A DNA stretch of 64,000 nt from positions 9,250 to 73,249 of the IMG/VR virus record IMGVR_UViG_3300013121_000054. One strand, 5' to 3'. A program made the translations under genes and the position numbers. Shown piece after piece: positions 37,901-48,004 of this stretch. This stretch comes from a virus. Taxonomy: Duplodnaviria > Caudoviricetes. Positions within the stretch are counted from its first letter, which is position 1. Every line of letters begins with the position of its first letter. Under the pieces are notes generated by a model that saw only the letters and a list, made by a program, of their open reading frames with translations, ran no database searches and was not told the DNA's origin.

Positions 37901-40421
37901 TTTTCTCTAGCTCCTCTAATTGTTCCCTCAGCCACTTTATGCGATCGAGCCTGGTCTGCTCGTTTTGCACTGCCTCTCTTTGGAGGCAGTCGGTGCAAGT
38001 GTAGTGCTCGATCTCTAAATCCACGCCAGAGGCGCCCTCAAAGCGCCAATCATCAGTCGGCTCATCCTCTCGCCAGCAGCCATCGCATCTAGTGGCACTC
38101 ATGCTGACCGCTTAAGCGTCGTCATGGCAGCAGCGAGGATCAAAGCAATTCCGAGAGCTGCCAGCAGCGGCTCGCGCGCGTCGCAGCCAAAGGCATACCG
38201 AATGATGCGGCCACCCATGAGACAAAGCGCCCAACCAATCATGAGCCTGATCATTCTTCTGGCACGCTCCAGATTCCCGCCTTGACCTTCGTGATCTCCA
38301 CGATAGTCAGCTTGTGTACCGCCTTCGTGATCGCTATCACTGACTCGGCGCCCGCTCGGTCGCGATACTTGGCCGCCTCCGTCAGCACCACTGTGTGCGG
38401 ATGATGCTTGCCCAGGAAGAAGTCTTTATCGTTCTGCAAGCCATACACCACAGTGCCTGGCTCCAGCGCCGCCTCTTCTTTGTCAGTCATCATCGAGAGA
38501 TCGGCCATTTTCACCGAGGCAGGCGCCTCAAGCCTCGACGATCCCACTGTCGCAATTCTTTCTTCCATCTAAGCTCTCTCCTCGCCTGGCAGGCTTCTTA
38601 TCCAGTTCTCGATCAACGTCAACCGCTGATCCATATCTCGCACGCGGTCTTCCACCGCTGTGAGCCTGCGCCCACGGCGCGGCGGCTCAATATCGACACC
38701 GAGGGCAGACATGAGGCCGTGCACTATGCTGCGCGCCTCGGGCTCTGTCAGCACTCGCTCGCTGCCATTTATAAACAGGCCGACATTGCCATCCAGGCGC
38801 TTCCTGACCCGCACGCACGCACCAATGATCTCTATCCAGCCGCCTTGAAAATTAGTAGCCATCTACCCACCACGCTAGAAGTTTCCACGCTAAACAGGCC
38901 AGCAGCGCGACCGATACAACCACGCCGAGCCAGATCTCAACCGCCATCACGCGCCTCACTGCGAAGTAACACCATTTTGCTGATGCCTTGTGGGGTGCCG
39001 TGGCGCTCCACAAAGGTGTCTACCAGATCAACACTGAGCACTGGCGTGGCGCCAAAATCCGGATCGCCCGGCGCCCAGTCTTCCATACAGACCTCTGCGT
39101 CTAGTGGGAGTTTGAAAAGTTTCGAGATCATCTCTGAGACCTTCATTGCATCGCCTCGCACTCACTGAACCAGTCGCGCAGCTCATTCAGTGCATCAAGT
39201 AACGTTTCGCCAGTGAATTCTTCTTCCTGATTCGGATGCTTGATGTCGATGAAATAACACTGTGAGTTTTTGCCAAAGCTGATCGAAAACCCTTCTTCGA
39301 TCAATGTCTGGAGGTTTTCAATCTTCCCTTTGAGCACTCGATAGCTGATTGTGGAATCCCAATTCTGGCACTCCTCGGCATGTCCGCGCACATAGTGGCA
39401 AAGGTCGCAACCGCTCAAGGTACACCTCCGATCTCATTTCTGCACGCGACCGAATAATCATCCTGGCAGTTATCACACGGCTTGTCGAGCTGAGCTGCTC
39501 GGGCGTGCGGGTGATCGCTGGATCGAAGTGACCTTTTAGCGACCACGCACAATCTGGGCACAGCCACAAGAGATTGGTGCCTACCCCGTACCATTGATGA
39601 TTTGACAGCTCAGGCACTAAATTTCAAACCTCTCAATGCTCGGTATAACACTCTGCGAGAGCCAGGAGAGGAAGAACAAGCCGACCCAGATCGGCCACAG
39701 CCAGAAGATGCAGAACCAGCTAAACACACTGCCCTTGCCCAAATTGAATCTCGTCACCAGGACCACCACCGCGCCGATAAGCGAGTAGATTTGAAGCGCC
39801 AGAGCCAGGTTAAACGTGATCATATGCGCTTGCGCCCCCATCGCCGTCTGCCAATCGAGGGGTTGCTCAGCACATACCGCTCAAGCTTCGGATAGAGCGG
39901 ATGGTTGCAGAGATCGATGCGGATGCCTTCTTTCCCTTCCGGCAAGTAGTCACTCCCGAGCACCACCTTCACCGCGAGCAGCCCTGGGCCGTCTTCAGTG
40001 CTGAAGTCGATGTGGTACACCTCGGCCGGTGGCAGATTCTCTTTACTCACGTCTTTATCACCTTAACTTCGGCGCCCTGCTCGACCATGCGCTCATAGCG
40101 CTCGATGCTGTCGGGCTCTGATATTGGTACACACGCCACGGGCATGCACAGCTCACCAGTATCTTGATCGCGCTCTATCGAGGCATATATTGAAAAACTG
40201 CACACCGATCTCAGACCCTCTCGACGTGCCGTTCTCTGTTCTATCCCTTCAAGCTTCACAGCCATAATGACCAGCCCAAGCTCCTCGCGCGTGAACTTCA
40301 GAAATTTCTCGGTGAAGATATCACTCGCTCGCTCAAACGACTCCCTGAGTGCAGGCTCTTTGTCCCGCACATCGCGATGATCAATCGCTCTCAGCTCGCA
40401 ATAATTTTGCTCTTCGGGCAT
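37785..40421 (-). CDS. Array of small hypothetical phage genes (37785-38102, 38099-38254, 38251-38568, 38569-38862, 38937-39146, 39143-39418, 39617-39841, 39820-40050, 40047-40421)
   Basis: Head-to-tail ORFs with 1-4 nt overlaps and RBS-like motifs; no families recognised. Confidence 0.55.
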
Positions 40422-40739
40422 TTAATAACCCACCGTGTAGCCACCACCCACCGTGTAGGTGCAGACCATGCCACCGCCGCCACCGCCCCACTCCTTGGTG
40501 ATGCTTCTCTGGTCTTCAAGCTCGCGGTAGATCTTTCGATTTGATTCAGCCAGCGATTGCGCCGTGACGTGCTCCCCGCCATACAGAGCGCCAAGCGCGG
40601 CGATTATTGCCGCCTCGACTGCACACACGACCGCCAGCCGCGCGCGATCACGCTGCTGCTTCTGCCAGTGGCTATGATCAACCGAAATGCGATCATTGCT
40701 TTGCCGTTTTGTTGTCTGCCTTCGCTTAAATGTCAGCAC
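40422..40739 (-). CDS. Hypothetical single-TM protein
   Basis: Hydrophobic LAVVCAVEAAIIAALGALYG; Gly-rich C-terminus. Confidence 0.5.
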   Translation of the reverse strand: MLTFKRRQTTKRQSNDRISVDHSHWQKQQRDRARLAVVCAVEAAIIAALGALYGGEHVTAQSLAESNRKIYRELEDQRSITKEWGGGGGGMVCTYTVGGGYTVGY

Positions 40740-40976
40740 TTATGCTATCCCCCTTACTTTCTCGCGTACCACGCGATAGAGCTGCGCACCATTCTCGCCA
40801 CGAGCGTGATTCACCTTCTCAACATAGCCCGCATATACAAGCCCCGTTAGCTTCTGCCACACCCGCGCCTGCGAGTAGTTTGTCAGCCGCCGCACGTCCG
40901 TGCTACTGAAAACATGCGGAAAGCTTTGCAAGATCGTGCATAAGAAGCCGCGATCGGTCGTGATGTTTCGATTCAT
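40740..40976 (-). CDS. Winged-helix DNA-binding protein
   Basis: FSSTDVRRLT.YSQARVWQKL..LV..GYVEKV....G..LYRV. Confidence 0.65.
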   Translation of the reverse strand: MNRNITTDRGFLCTILQSFPHVFSSTDVRRLTNYSQARVWQKLTGLVYAGYVEKVNHARGENGAQLYRVVREKVRGIA

Positions 40977-41422
40977 CCCTTCAGCCTCGCAATTACCTTG
41001 TCGGCCTGCTCGCGATCACTGTCTTTCTCGGGCTCGCTCAGCTCCGCATAGGGTGTAGTCATCTGGCGCTTCCACCGCTCGACCTTCTCAGCATGGATTG
41101 TCACTGTGCCGTCTGGATTCTGGGTCGAGCACGCGAACAACCATTGCATCCAGTGAGACCAGATATCGTGCTGGAGATCTGCCAGTGGCTCGCGTGTGCC
41201 ATCGAGCACCAAATCACGCAGCGGGCGCATGAGCATCGCCTCGACTTCTTCCACCGTCTCGGTAACTGCGAGACGATCATCTGGACCGGAAGAGAAGTAA
41301 ACATCGGCCTCTTCCGCTGGCGCCACAAGCGAAGGCTCGCGGCGGAGCACATAGGTTATGTGCCTGCTCTCGACCAAGACGACCTGATCGGGCTTGTTTC
41401 GCAGGTGTAATTTCAGAATCAC
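40973..41422 (-). CDS. Hypothetical protein with RyR-repeat-like C-terminal half
   Basis: LADLQHDIW.HW...RW..Q..TPY.ELSE.EKDSDRE resembles the RyR domain consensus. Confidence 0.55.
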   Translation of the reverse strand: MILKLHLRNKPDQVVLVESRHITYVLRREPSLVAPAEEADVYFSSGPDDRLAVTETVEEVEAMLMRPLRDLVLDGTREPLADLQHDIWSHWMQWLFACSTQNPDGTVTIHAEKVERWKRQMTTPYAELSEPEKDSDREQADKVIARLKG

Positions 41423-41525
41423 TTTTTCTCCTTTGCTCTGATCAGGAAGGGCGGCTTTGATCCCGAGCGTTTACCGCCCTTCCCTCTCAGATCTCCTTGC
41501 GCTGCTCAAGCGCATTACAGAAACC

Positions 41526-42005
41526 CTATTTCTTGCGCAGCTTCACTACTGCATCTGCCGTCTGGTTGCGCGTCTTCTGCAACTTCACAGCAAGATTACC
41601 CAGAGCCTTCGCATGCAACCGCTCGCGATGCTCAAGCTCAGTGATCCGCGCATTCAGCGTCACAAATAACGCCTGCAATGTCTTCTCATCCTGGTCTTTC
41701 GCACCATACAACCGATTGATCGCGCCCTGCATGCCGCCAACCTTGCGCTCCAGCTCAGCAATCCGCCCTGTGATCAGATCCGCGAGAAGCTTCGTTTCTG
41801 CATCCACCGAGTCAGCCGCCGACACCGAGGGTGATATCGTCAAATCGTGGTCATTTATCGTCTCGTCCGCATTGCTGCCCTGCATGACACCGGCTGGTGA
41901 CACATCTGCCGGCCCAAGCTTGATCCAATGACCCTGCGGCACTGCCAAAACTGGCGCCGCCAGCAGCAAATTCGCCGCCAAAATCGCATAAATCGCCTTT
42001 CTCAA
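41526..42005 (-). CDS. Exported coiled-coil protein
   Basis: Signal-peptide-like MRKAIYAILAANLLLAAPVLA; heptad C-terminal half; RBS GGAGGAG. Confidence 0.65.
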   Translation of the reverse strand: MRKAIYAILAANLLLAAPVLAVPQGHWIKLGPADVSPAGVMQGSNADETINDHDLTISPSVSAADSVDAETKLLADLITGRIAELERKVGGMQGAINRLYGAKDQDEKTLQALFVTLNARITELEHRERLHAKALGNLAVKLQKTRNQTADAVVKLRKK

Positions 42006-42459
42006 GACTTCTCCTCCTCAGTGTTGTGCAGCCACTCCGCAATTGCATTGCAGAGCGCCGTGTCGTTATCGTTCAAGTCGCCGCGCGACTCCAAAATCAT
42101 CAGCGAAAGCCGCATAATGCCTCGAAATTCGTCGGATGTTACGTCGTTCATTGCGTCTGCTCCGCCCTCAAATGCCAAAGTCGCCGAGCAGTCGATCGCT
42201 GCGCGCATCACCCTCAGCAATAACCGGGTGCTGATGATTGTCATGCACCGCTGCTGCCGACTCGGCGAGGATCTGCTGAAGCTCGCTAGGCTCCTGCCTA
42301 AACAGCAGCGCACGTGGCGGCGCTTCCGTCAAATCCTGAGCGGACGACAGCGCTCAGGAAGCTTTTAGAGGCGAAGGATTGTGCTGTGCGAGCCATACCA
42401 GTTCAGAAGCCACACCATGGCTGGCCTAGGCTCCCGAGGCAATGGCTCCCTCATCAGTC

Positions 42460-42660
42460 AAGCTTCCGGCGCTGGCTCACTCATGATCTCTTGCAGATCC
42501 TCAAAATCAACCGCCTCGACCATCGCAGCATTTATGCTCATGGTCTCATTAGCGCCGTCTGGCTTGCGCCCATACACCGACTTCAAAGTCAGGTTGCAGT
42601 AACCAGAACAAAATCACCAACCTTCAGCCCTACGCCAAGTCTGTCATGTGGCACACACAT
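42460..42660 (-). pseudogene. Probable frameshifted/internally deleted small phage gene
   Basis: A strong AGGAGG RBS starts MCVPHDRLGVGLKVGDFVLV, which stops early; the continuation GYCNLTLKSVYGRKPDG..SINAAMVE is in another frame. Confidence 0.4.
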
Positions 42661-42669
42661 ACCTCCTAA

Positions 42670-42840
42670 AGTCTCAAAATTTTGAAAAAATTTTTTCGCC
42701 GCTTCTCCGCACCGCGAGCCAGTATGAGGGCTGTCAAGGAGTGACCGGAAATTGGGAAATTTGTGAGTGGGGGTAACGCCCCGGCCCAGGCTGACCGTGA
42801 TTTTAGGGGCACCCCCCCCCGCCTGCCCGCCGCGCCGAGA
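42670..42840. other. Putative genome end / packaging-initiation (pac/cos-like) region
   Basis: AAAATTTTGAAAAAATTTTTT tract and GGGGCACCCCCCCCC run at the head of the late arm; assignment is inference. Confidence 0.4.
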
Positions 42841-42954
42841 GCCGCTGCCCGTGCGGGTCTTGGTCTCTGCATGCGCATCAGGCTATGCCTGTTTCGGTAG
42901 TGGCAATGGTAATCGCTCACACCCAGGTCACGCAAGTGTAAAACGTCTCACCAG

Positions 42955-42988
42955 GACTTGCCATATTCCTACAACTTTATGGCAAGTC
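42955..42988. promoter_or_regulatory. loxP-like 13+8+13 bp tyrosine-recombinase site
   Basis: GACTTGCCATATT-CCTACAAC-TTTATGGCAAGTC (arms 11/13 inverted), 38 bp before the recombinase ATG; third half-site TATGGCAAGT at 43056-43065. Confidence 0.65.
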
Positions 42989-43025
42989 GGGGTATGATTG
43001 AAACGTAGTGATGAGGGATTGAGGC

Positions 43026-43742
43026 ATGAGTAAAGACGCACCCCAGGGACAGAATTATGGCAAGTTGCCCGGCACGCTGCGCAGGCGTCCGAATGTGGAA
43101 TTGAGACCTCGCGGTGAATACCTTACACCAGCGGAGGTGAATAACATAGCCAGCGCTGCGCAGTTGAGCAGTAGATATCCACTGCGCGATTGGCTCATGG
43201 TGGTGATGGCTTACAAGCACGGGCTGCGCGCCAGCGAGCTGTGCGATATGCAGTGGGAGCAAATCATGCTGAGCGAAGCTCGCATCAAAATCAATCGAGC
43301 GAAAATGGGCAAGCCATCAATGCACCCGCTGGACGGTGATGTCTTGCGAGCCTTGCGCAAACACCAGAGATCACAGGAGCTGGGGCAGAAGTTTGTTTTC
43401 ACCACAGAGCGCGGCACTCCGATGAGCACCGACACCTTTCATAATCTGGTGCGCCGCGCTGGCAAAGCCGCCAAGATGCCCTTTGATGTCCACCCCCACA
43501 TGCTGCGCCACGCCTGTGGCTATGCCCTTGTGAATGCTGGATATGATACCCGATTGATCCAAGACTACCTGGGGCACCGCAGCATTCAAAGCGTGGTGCA
43601 ATACACCGCACTGAGTGAACAGCGATTCAAAGAATGCACCAAGATTCTGGCACTCGGCAGGAAGCACAAGGCAAAAGACGACCCATTCAAACAACTGCCA
43701 AACGCGGAAGACTTCAAGGGATTCGGAAAGCTGATCGTATAA
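43026..43742 (+). CDS. Small tyrosine recombinase (FimB/FimE-like resolvase/invertase)
   Basis: YLT..EV, RD.L...AY.HGLRASEL, K, HPHMLRHACGY.L...G.D.R.IQDYLGH.SI..V.YT; all catalytic residues present; no arm-binding domain. Confidence 0.93.
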   Translation: MSKDAPQGQNYGKLPGTLRRRPNVELRPRGEYLTPAEVNNIASAAQLSSRYPLRDWLMVVMAYKHGLRASELCDMQWEQIMLSEARIKINRAKMGKPSMHPLDGDVLRALRKHQRSQELGQKFVFTTERGTPMSTDTFHNLVRRAGKAAKMPFDVHPHMLRHACGYALVNAGYDTRLIQDYLGHRSIQSVVQYTALSEQRFKECTKILALGRKHKAKDDPFKQLPNAEDFKGFGKLIV

Positions 43743-44101
43743 GATCAGCCTACAATCAGGCTTTCGAGCGAGGGTGCCCCGGCAGGCGGGGGTGCTCTCG
43801 CGGGCGATTACGCGCGCGATTTAAAACCATGTCGAGAAAGACGGCAGTAACCCTCCTTCCCCCAATTCCGCCCCCTCGTTTCCAAGCGCGACCGATAATG
43901 CTCTCGAAACTACCATGTAGGATTTGTGCACCATTTATGCACCATTCATGCATGATTTATGTATGATATTTTTTGACTAAAACACGCATGAATAGAGGGT
44001 TTGCATAGCATAACGCATAATAATAGAGTCGCGTATGTGTGTATACGGAAAGACGCAGATTTACAGTTTATGAAAATGTATTAGATAGTAATAATGCCCA
44101 A

Positions 44102-44377
44102 ACTATCAACTACCAAGACTATCAAAATGGCTTTGGGACACTGCAAATGGCGAGGGGGGGGGACAGCGGCCCCGATAAATTCCCCGAAAGCAAAGCCCTA
44201 TCATCGCGTGGCTGTTTTTTTTTGGCTTATAGCCATGCACTGAAGCTACACTCAATCCTAATATTTCGTGGCTCTTAGTATCGATCCGGCGCGGGTCGTT
44301 TGTTGTTATTCTCAAAACTATCAAGCGAGTTGATCGAAATCGCTGGTATCGAATTCGGTGCTCAGCAGCTTGATAGT
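44102..44377. repeat. ACTATCAA iteron-like repeats
   Basis: ACTATCAA at 44102, ACTACCAA at 44109, ACTATCAA at 44118; ACTATCAAGC 44317-44326 inverted to GCTTGATAGT 44368-44377. Confidence 0.6.
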
Positions 44378-44439
44378 GTGGAAGGGATCGAGGCTTCTTG
44401 TTTAATCAAAGCCCTCGGTGAAACTCTAATAGATATGCG

Positions 44440-44988
44440 GTGAATATGACTCTGGCGGAAGCGCTTTCCTATATAAATGAAGACGGCTCCGAGTACGTTA
44501 TCTATTGCGACTGTGTGCGGTGCTCAGTAGCGCTCTTCTTGGTTGACCTGGGGGTCGAGCCATTTGAGTGGCATGGTCCGATGGTGCCGGCAGCGATCGT
44601 GCTTGATCAATATAGAGATTGGGCGGCTGACCTTGGGTTTAAGAATCTGGCGTCGGGCACAATGCTTGGTTTGCTCCTCAGGGACTGGAACTACAGCAAG
44701 CAGCGAGGCGCGAGAGCAAATAGCTACTTCGTGACCGACTTGTCGGCGCCGAAGAGGCTTGTCTATAAGCACCTCGATCAGCACCGCCGCATCGCGGCGC
44801 AAAAGCATCGCGATATGCTGAATCCGCCAGCGGTAAAACACTGTGTTGGGCGGGTGCGACGGGTGAAGCGCACCCTCAGGACATTCATGCTCTGGCTGTC
44901 AGAGCAGCAGAGTAACGATCTGGCTGTCGCCATTTCTGAGCTCTATTGGCAGTTCGACAAAGAGGCTGCTGCTGGAGGTGCGAGCTGA
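44440..44988 (+). CDS. DNA-binding protein with a primase-C-terminal-like winged helix
   Basis: VLDQYRDWA...GFK....LG.LL....Y.K.R....N.YF resembles the D5_C wHTH. Confidence 0.5.
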   Translation: MNMTLAEALSYINEDGSEYVIYCDCVRCSVALFLVDLGVEPFEWHGPMVPAAIVLDQYRDWAADLGFKNLASGTMLGLLLRDWNYSKQRGARANSYFVTDLSAPKRLVYKHLDQHRRIAAQKHRDMLNPPAVKHCVGRVRRVKRTLRTFMLWLSEQQSNDLAVAISELYWQFDKEAAAGGAS

Positions 44989-46406
44989 TGCAAGACTGGT
45001 TCGATCATAGAGATGGCCCGCCCATTTATGTGGTGACATTCAACTACACCGACCCGCCGCAGCTATCCACCTGGATCGTGATCAAGACGGGGAAGAAGTA
45101 TTACACCTGTATGTCCAGGCATGGCGCGCGGTGCCATTTCACAACGAGGCTGCTCAAGTCTGGCGGCCACGGCAACAGCAGAATAACCGGTTTACCCACG
45201 AGGGGGGAGCTGCTAATTCGTGGATTCACCGAGACAGATAGCGCTCGCGCATTCGCTAAAGAGCTGTGGGATAAGCAAGTCGCAAAGCGCGAGGCAGAAA
45301 GGCTGAGGAAGAAGCGAAGACGGATTCGACGAAAGAAGCAGCGCGAGCGTGAAGCGGCGCAAGGAGTAAAGGCAAAGTGAGTGAGATGCAATTTGTATGG
45401 CTGGTGCTGACCCTGCATGCAGCAGTGACTCTGTGGCTGTGGGTCGTGATCGATCACCAGAGCTACAGGCACAATCGCCTCATGGCTCGAGTTCTGGATA
45501 TCGATTTCCGTGTCCACTCGGATGAGGAGATTCAGGCTTACCTCAAGACCCTCGACCCCAACAGGTAATCATGACGATAACTCTAAGGAGCAAATACTGC
45601 GGAGCCCGTGCCGCCGATACCTATTTTAGGTTTGAGCTACAGCCGAATGGGGATTGGCATGTCATCACAGACCTCGGCCGATATATGTGTGCAAAGCGCG
45701 GCGGCCATACTGGTGAGCACCACATGCCCTTTCGTGATCGACGGATTCGCTATCAAACCGGTTGGCAGCGTCAGTGGGATCGTATCAAGAAGAGTAATGA
45801 GCGACGCGCAAATCGTAACCTGGCCAAATTCTGCGCCTGGCTCGAAACTATGCGCCCGAAACGGTGACACCACTCATGGCAAAGGACTGCAGCATGCTGA
45901 GCAAATTTTATAACGATAAAACAATCACATACTGGGATGCTGATCTTGAGCGCGCGGGCAAGGATGCGATCGTGCGACTATTTCAAGCCTTGGTGCTCTG
46001 TAACGGCAAGCTCCTCGATACACATCTCATGTATGAGCCAGGCAGTGTGCCGTGGCATTTGCAATCACTATTCTCGCGGGTCTCGATACCCGGCTCCGCC
46101 AAGGAAGAGTTTGAGCAAATTGCGAAGATCCCTCTGATTCCCCCGCCGACCTTCCAGGTGAATCAGCCGTCTCTACTTCCAGTAACCAGAGAGTTTGCGC
46201 GCACGAATGGCTTGGTTGGCTGGAATTTGCGGTGTAACTACTGCGGCAATTATGGCGCTACCTGGCACGACAATCAGCGCCCGGGTTGGGGCTCGCTCGC
46301 GCTCTGTGGCGAGCACTCCGCCAGACTGAAAGAAGAGCTGACTCGGCACAATAAAGTGCTCGCCGAACTAAGGACCATCAACTTTGAGAATGAGGCTATC
46401 GACTGA
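44988..46406 (+). CDS. Four small hypothetical early genes (44988-45380, 45377-45568, 45571-45867, 45864-46406)
   Basis: Coupled ORFs; 45377-45568 has a TM helix. Confidence 0.55.
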
Positions 46407-47056
46407 TGCCAGATCTTCACCCATCACTTAAGGCCGGCTGTGAGTTTAAGCGCAATATCACTACCAGCGATTTGCTGCCCGTCTCGGAGCCGAATGAAGC
46501 GGGCGAGAAGCCGTGCGCATGGTGTCGAGTGGTAATGATAAAAGGCAAGAATCGCCGCTACTGCTCAGAGGCATGCAGTAATGAGTTTCTCGTGCGTTAT
46601 AACACAGCATTTGCTGCCCAGAAGGTCTGGCAGCGCGACCAGGGCATCTGCCAGGCGTGTGGACTGAATACGCACGAAGTGCGAGACATGCTACATCCAA
46701 CACCCCCATACCTGAGCAGGTCTGCAAGCGCTCAGTATGGCAAGAACCCGTGGAACCGATTTGATTATCCTAACGATGAGGATTTCCGAAACTATTACCG
46801 CGAGCTGGCTTTGTACAAGAAGCGGCTCAAGAATCTGGAGAAGTCGCAGCAAGATTTTCCTTGGGCACTCGATCTAGTGAGTGCTGGGGTACCACTGGCG
46901 GAAGTTGATCACATAGTGCCGGTTTGTGAGGGCGGCGGAGCGTGCGGCCTCGATGGCTTACGCCTGCTCTGTGTGCCGTGCCACAAGGATGAGAGCAAGA
47001 GGCTCGCGCAGAGGCGCGCACAGCAAAAGAGGGAGCAAAATGTCGAAAGAGAGTAA
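46406..47056 (+). CDS. HNH endonuclease
   Basis: CAWC..RRYCSEACS; V.QRD.GICQACG; EVDHIVPV.EGGG.CGLD.LR.LC.PCHK. Confidence 0.88.
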   Translation: MPDLHPSLKAGCEFKRNITTSDLLPVSEPNEAGEKPCAWCRVVMIKGKNRRYCSEACSNEFLVRYNTAFAAQKVWQRDQGICQACGLNTHEVRDMLHPTPPYLSRSASAQYGKNPWNRFDYPNDEDFRNYYRELALYKKRLKNLEKSQQDFPWALDLVSAGVPLAEVDHIVPVCEGGGACGLDGLRLLCVPCHKDESKRLAQRRAQQKREQNVERE

Positions 47057-47228
47057 ATGCCGCTCATGCAGCGAGCGCATAGTCTGGATGAAAACAAAGA
47101 CCGGCAAAAATATACCGGTCGATGCAGAGACTGTGGAGAAAGGCGACGATGAGCAATTCGACGCAGAGCGCCACACGTCGCACTTTGCCACCTGCCCATA
47201 TGCGAATGAGCACCGAGGTAATCGATGA
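47040..47228 (+). CDS. Small Zn-finger phage protein
   Basis: KCRSC...I.W.KT.TGK.IPVDA...SHFATCP.A..HR; ATG 47040 after GGGAG. Confidence 0.75.
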   Translation: MSKESKCRSCSERIVWMKTKTGKNIPVDAETVEKGDDEQFDAERHTSHFATCPYANEHRGNR

Positions 47229-48004
47229 CAGCGCTCACTGAGCAAGAGCTATTTGTGCTGAAAGAGATGGCTCGCGACTACCGCACATCATGGTTCACTT
47301 CGCGCGTGTCGTTTCACCGCTCGCGCCGCGATATCAAAATCCCGCTAGAGTGCGCTGAATTTGATGCACTGATGCGTAGCATCGACGAAAAGGCACCGGG
47401 GCTGCTGTGCACTTATGACAAGGTTAATGATTGCCGAATGGGCCATCAAATCTGGCGGATCGATCGCGGGTGGCTACTGAACTACTTCACGGTGCGCAGG
47501 CACGTTGTATCTGTGGAGGTGCACTGTGAGCAAACTCAAGCATCTAAAAGCACGATGCCTCTGCCGCTGCCATGCTGGACCGATGGCGGCAGAGTGCTGC
47601 CAGACGCATTGCAAGTGCACCGCCTGCGGTGGCTGGCAGTATTATCACCCACCGAGTCGCGAGCATGCTTGCGTGGAGGCTGGGTGTCACGATTTGAAAG
47701 ACAGACTAAGCGAGGTAGCACCACAGTGAACGACATATTGGGAGTAGCGAGAAAAGAGATCGACGATTTCACGGCGCGGTGCGTGGCGCAACTGCGGAGC
47801 GATGCGATGGCTGGGCATCGGTATTGCAAGATTGACGCCACTGGAGTCAGCCCATCAGTAATCGCAGCGGTGGCGGAAGCATTTTATGCAAAGGGCTGGA
47901 AGCTGGTCTCTTACTACTGCCAAGACCAGATCCGATACATCGTGATTGGAGGTCTACCATTTGGAGGTCTACCATTTGGAGGTCTACCATGCCAGAAGAA
48001 CTGA
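47225..48004 (+). CDS. Hypothetical ORF, probably two genes fused in-frame around a nested gene
   Basis: Internal coupled GTG start at 47726; nested ORF 47526-47729 in another frame. Confidence 0.5.
   Translation: MTALTEQELFVLKEMARDYRTSWFTSRVSFHRSRRDIKIPLECAEFDALMRSIDEKAPGLLCTYDKVNDCRMGHQIWRIDRGWLLNYFTVRRHVVSVEVHCEQTQASKSTMPLPLPCWTDGGRVLPDALQVHRLRWLAVLSPTESRACLRGGWVSRFERQTKRGSTTVNDILGVARKEIDDFTARCVAQLRSDAMAGHRYCKIDATGVSPSVIAAVAEAFYAKGWKLVSYYCQDQIRYIVIGGLPFGGLPFGGLPCQKN
47526..47729 (+). CDS. Nested Cys-rich small protein
   Basis: GGAGG-6 nt-GTG; CLCRCH..CCQTHCKCTACG..C..C; ends in GTGA coupling. Confidence 0.5.
   Translation: MSKLKHLKARCLCRCHAGPMAAECCQTHCKCTACGGWQYYHPPSREHACVEAGCHDLKDRLSEVAPQ
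47947..47991 (+). repeat. Three tandem 15-bp copies of an RBS-start unit
   Basis: TGGAGGTCTACCATT x2 followed by TGGAGGTCTACCATG. Confidence 0.9.
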
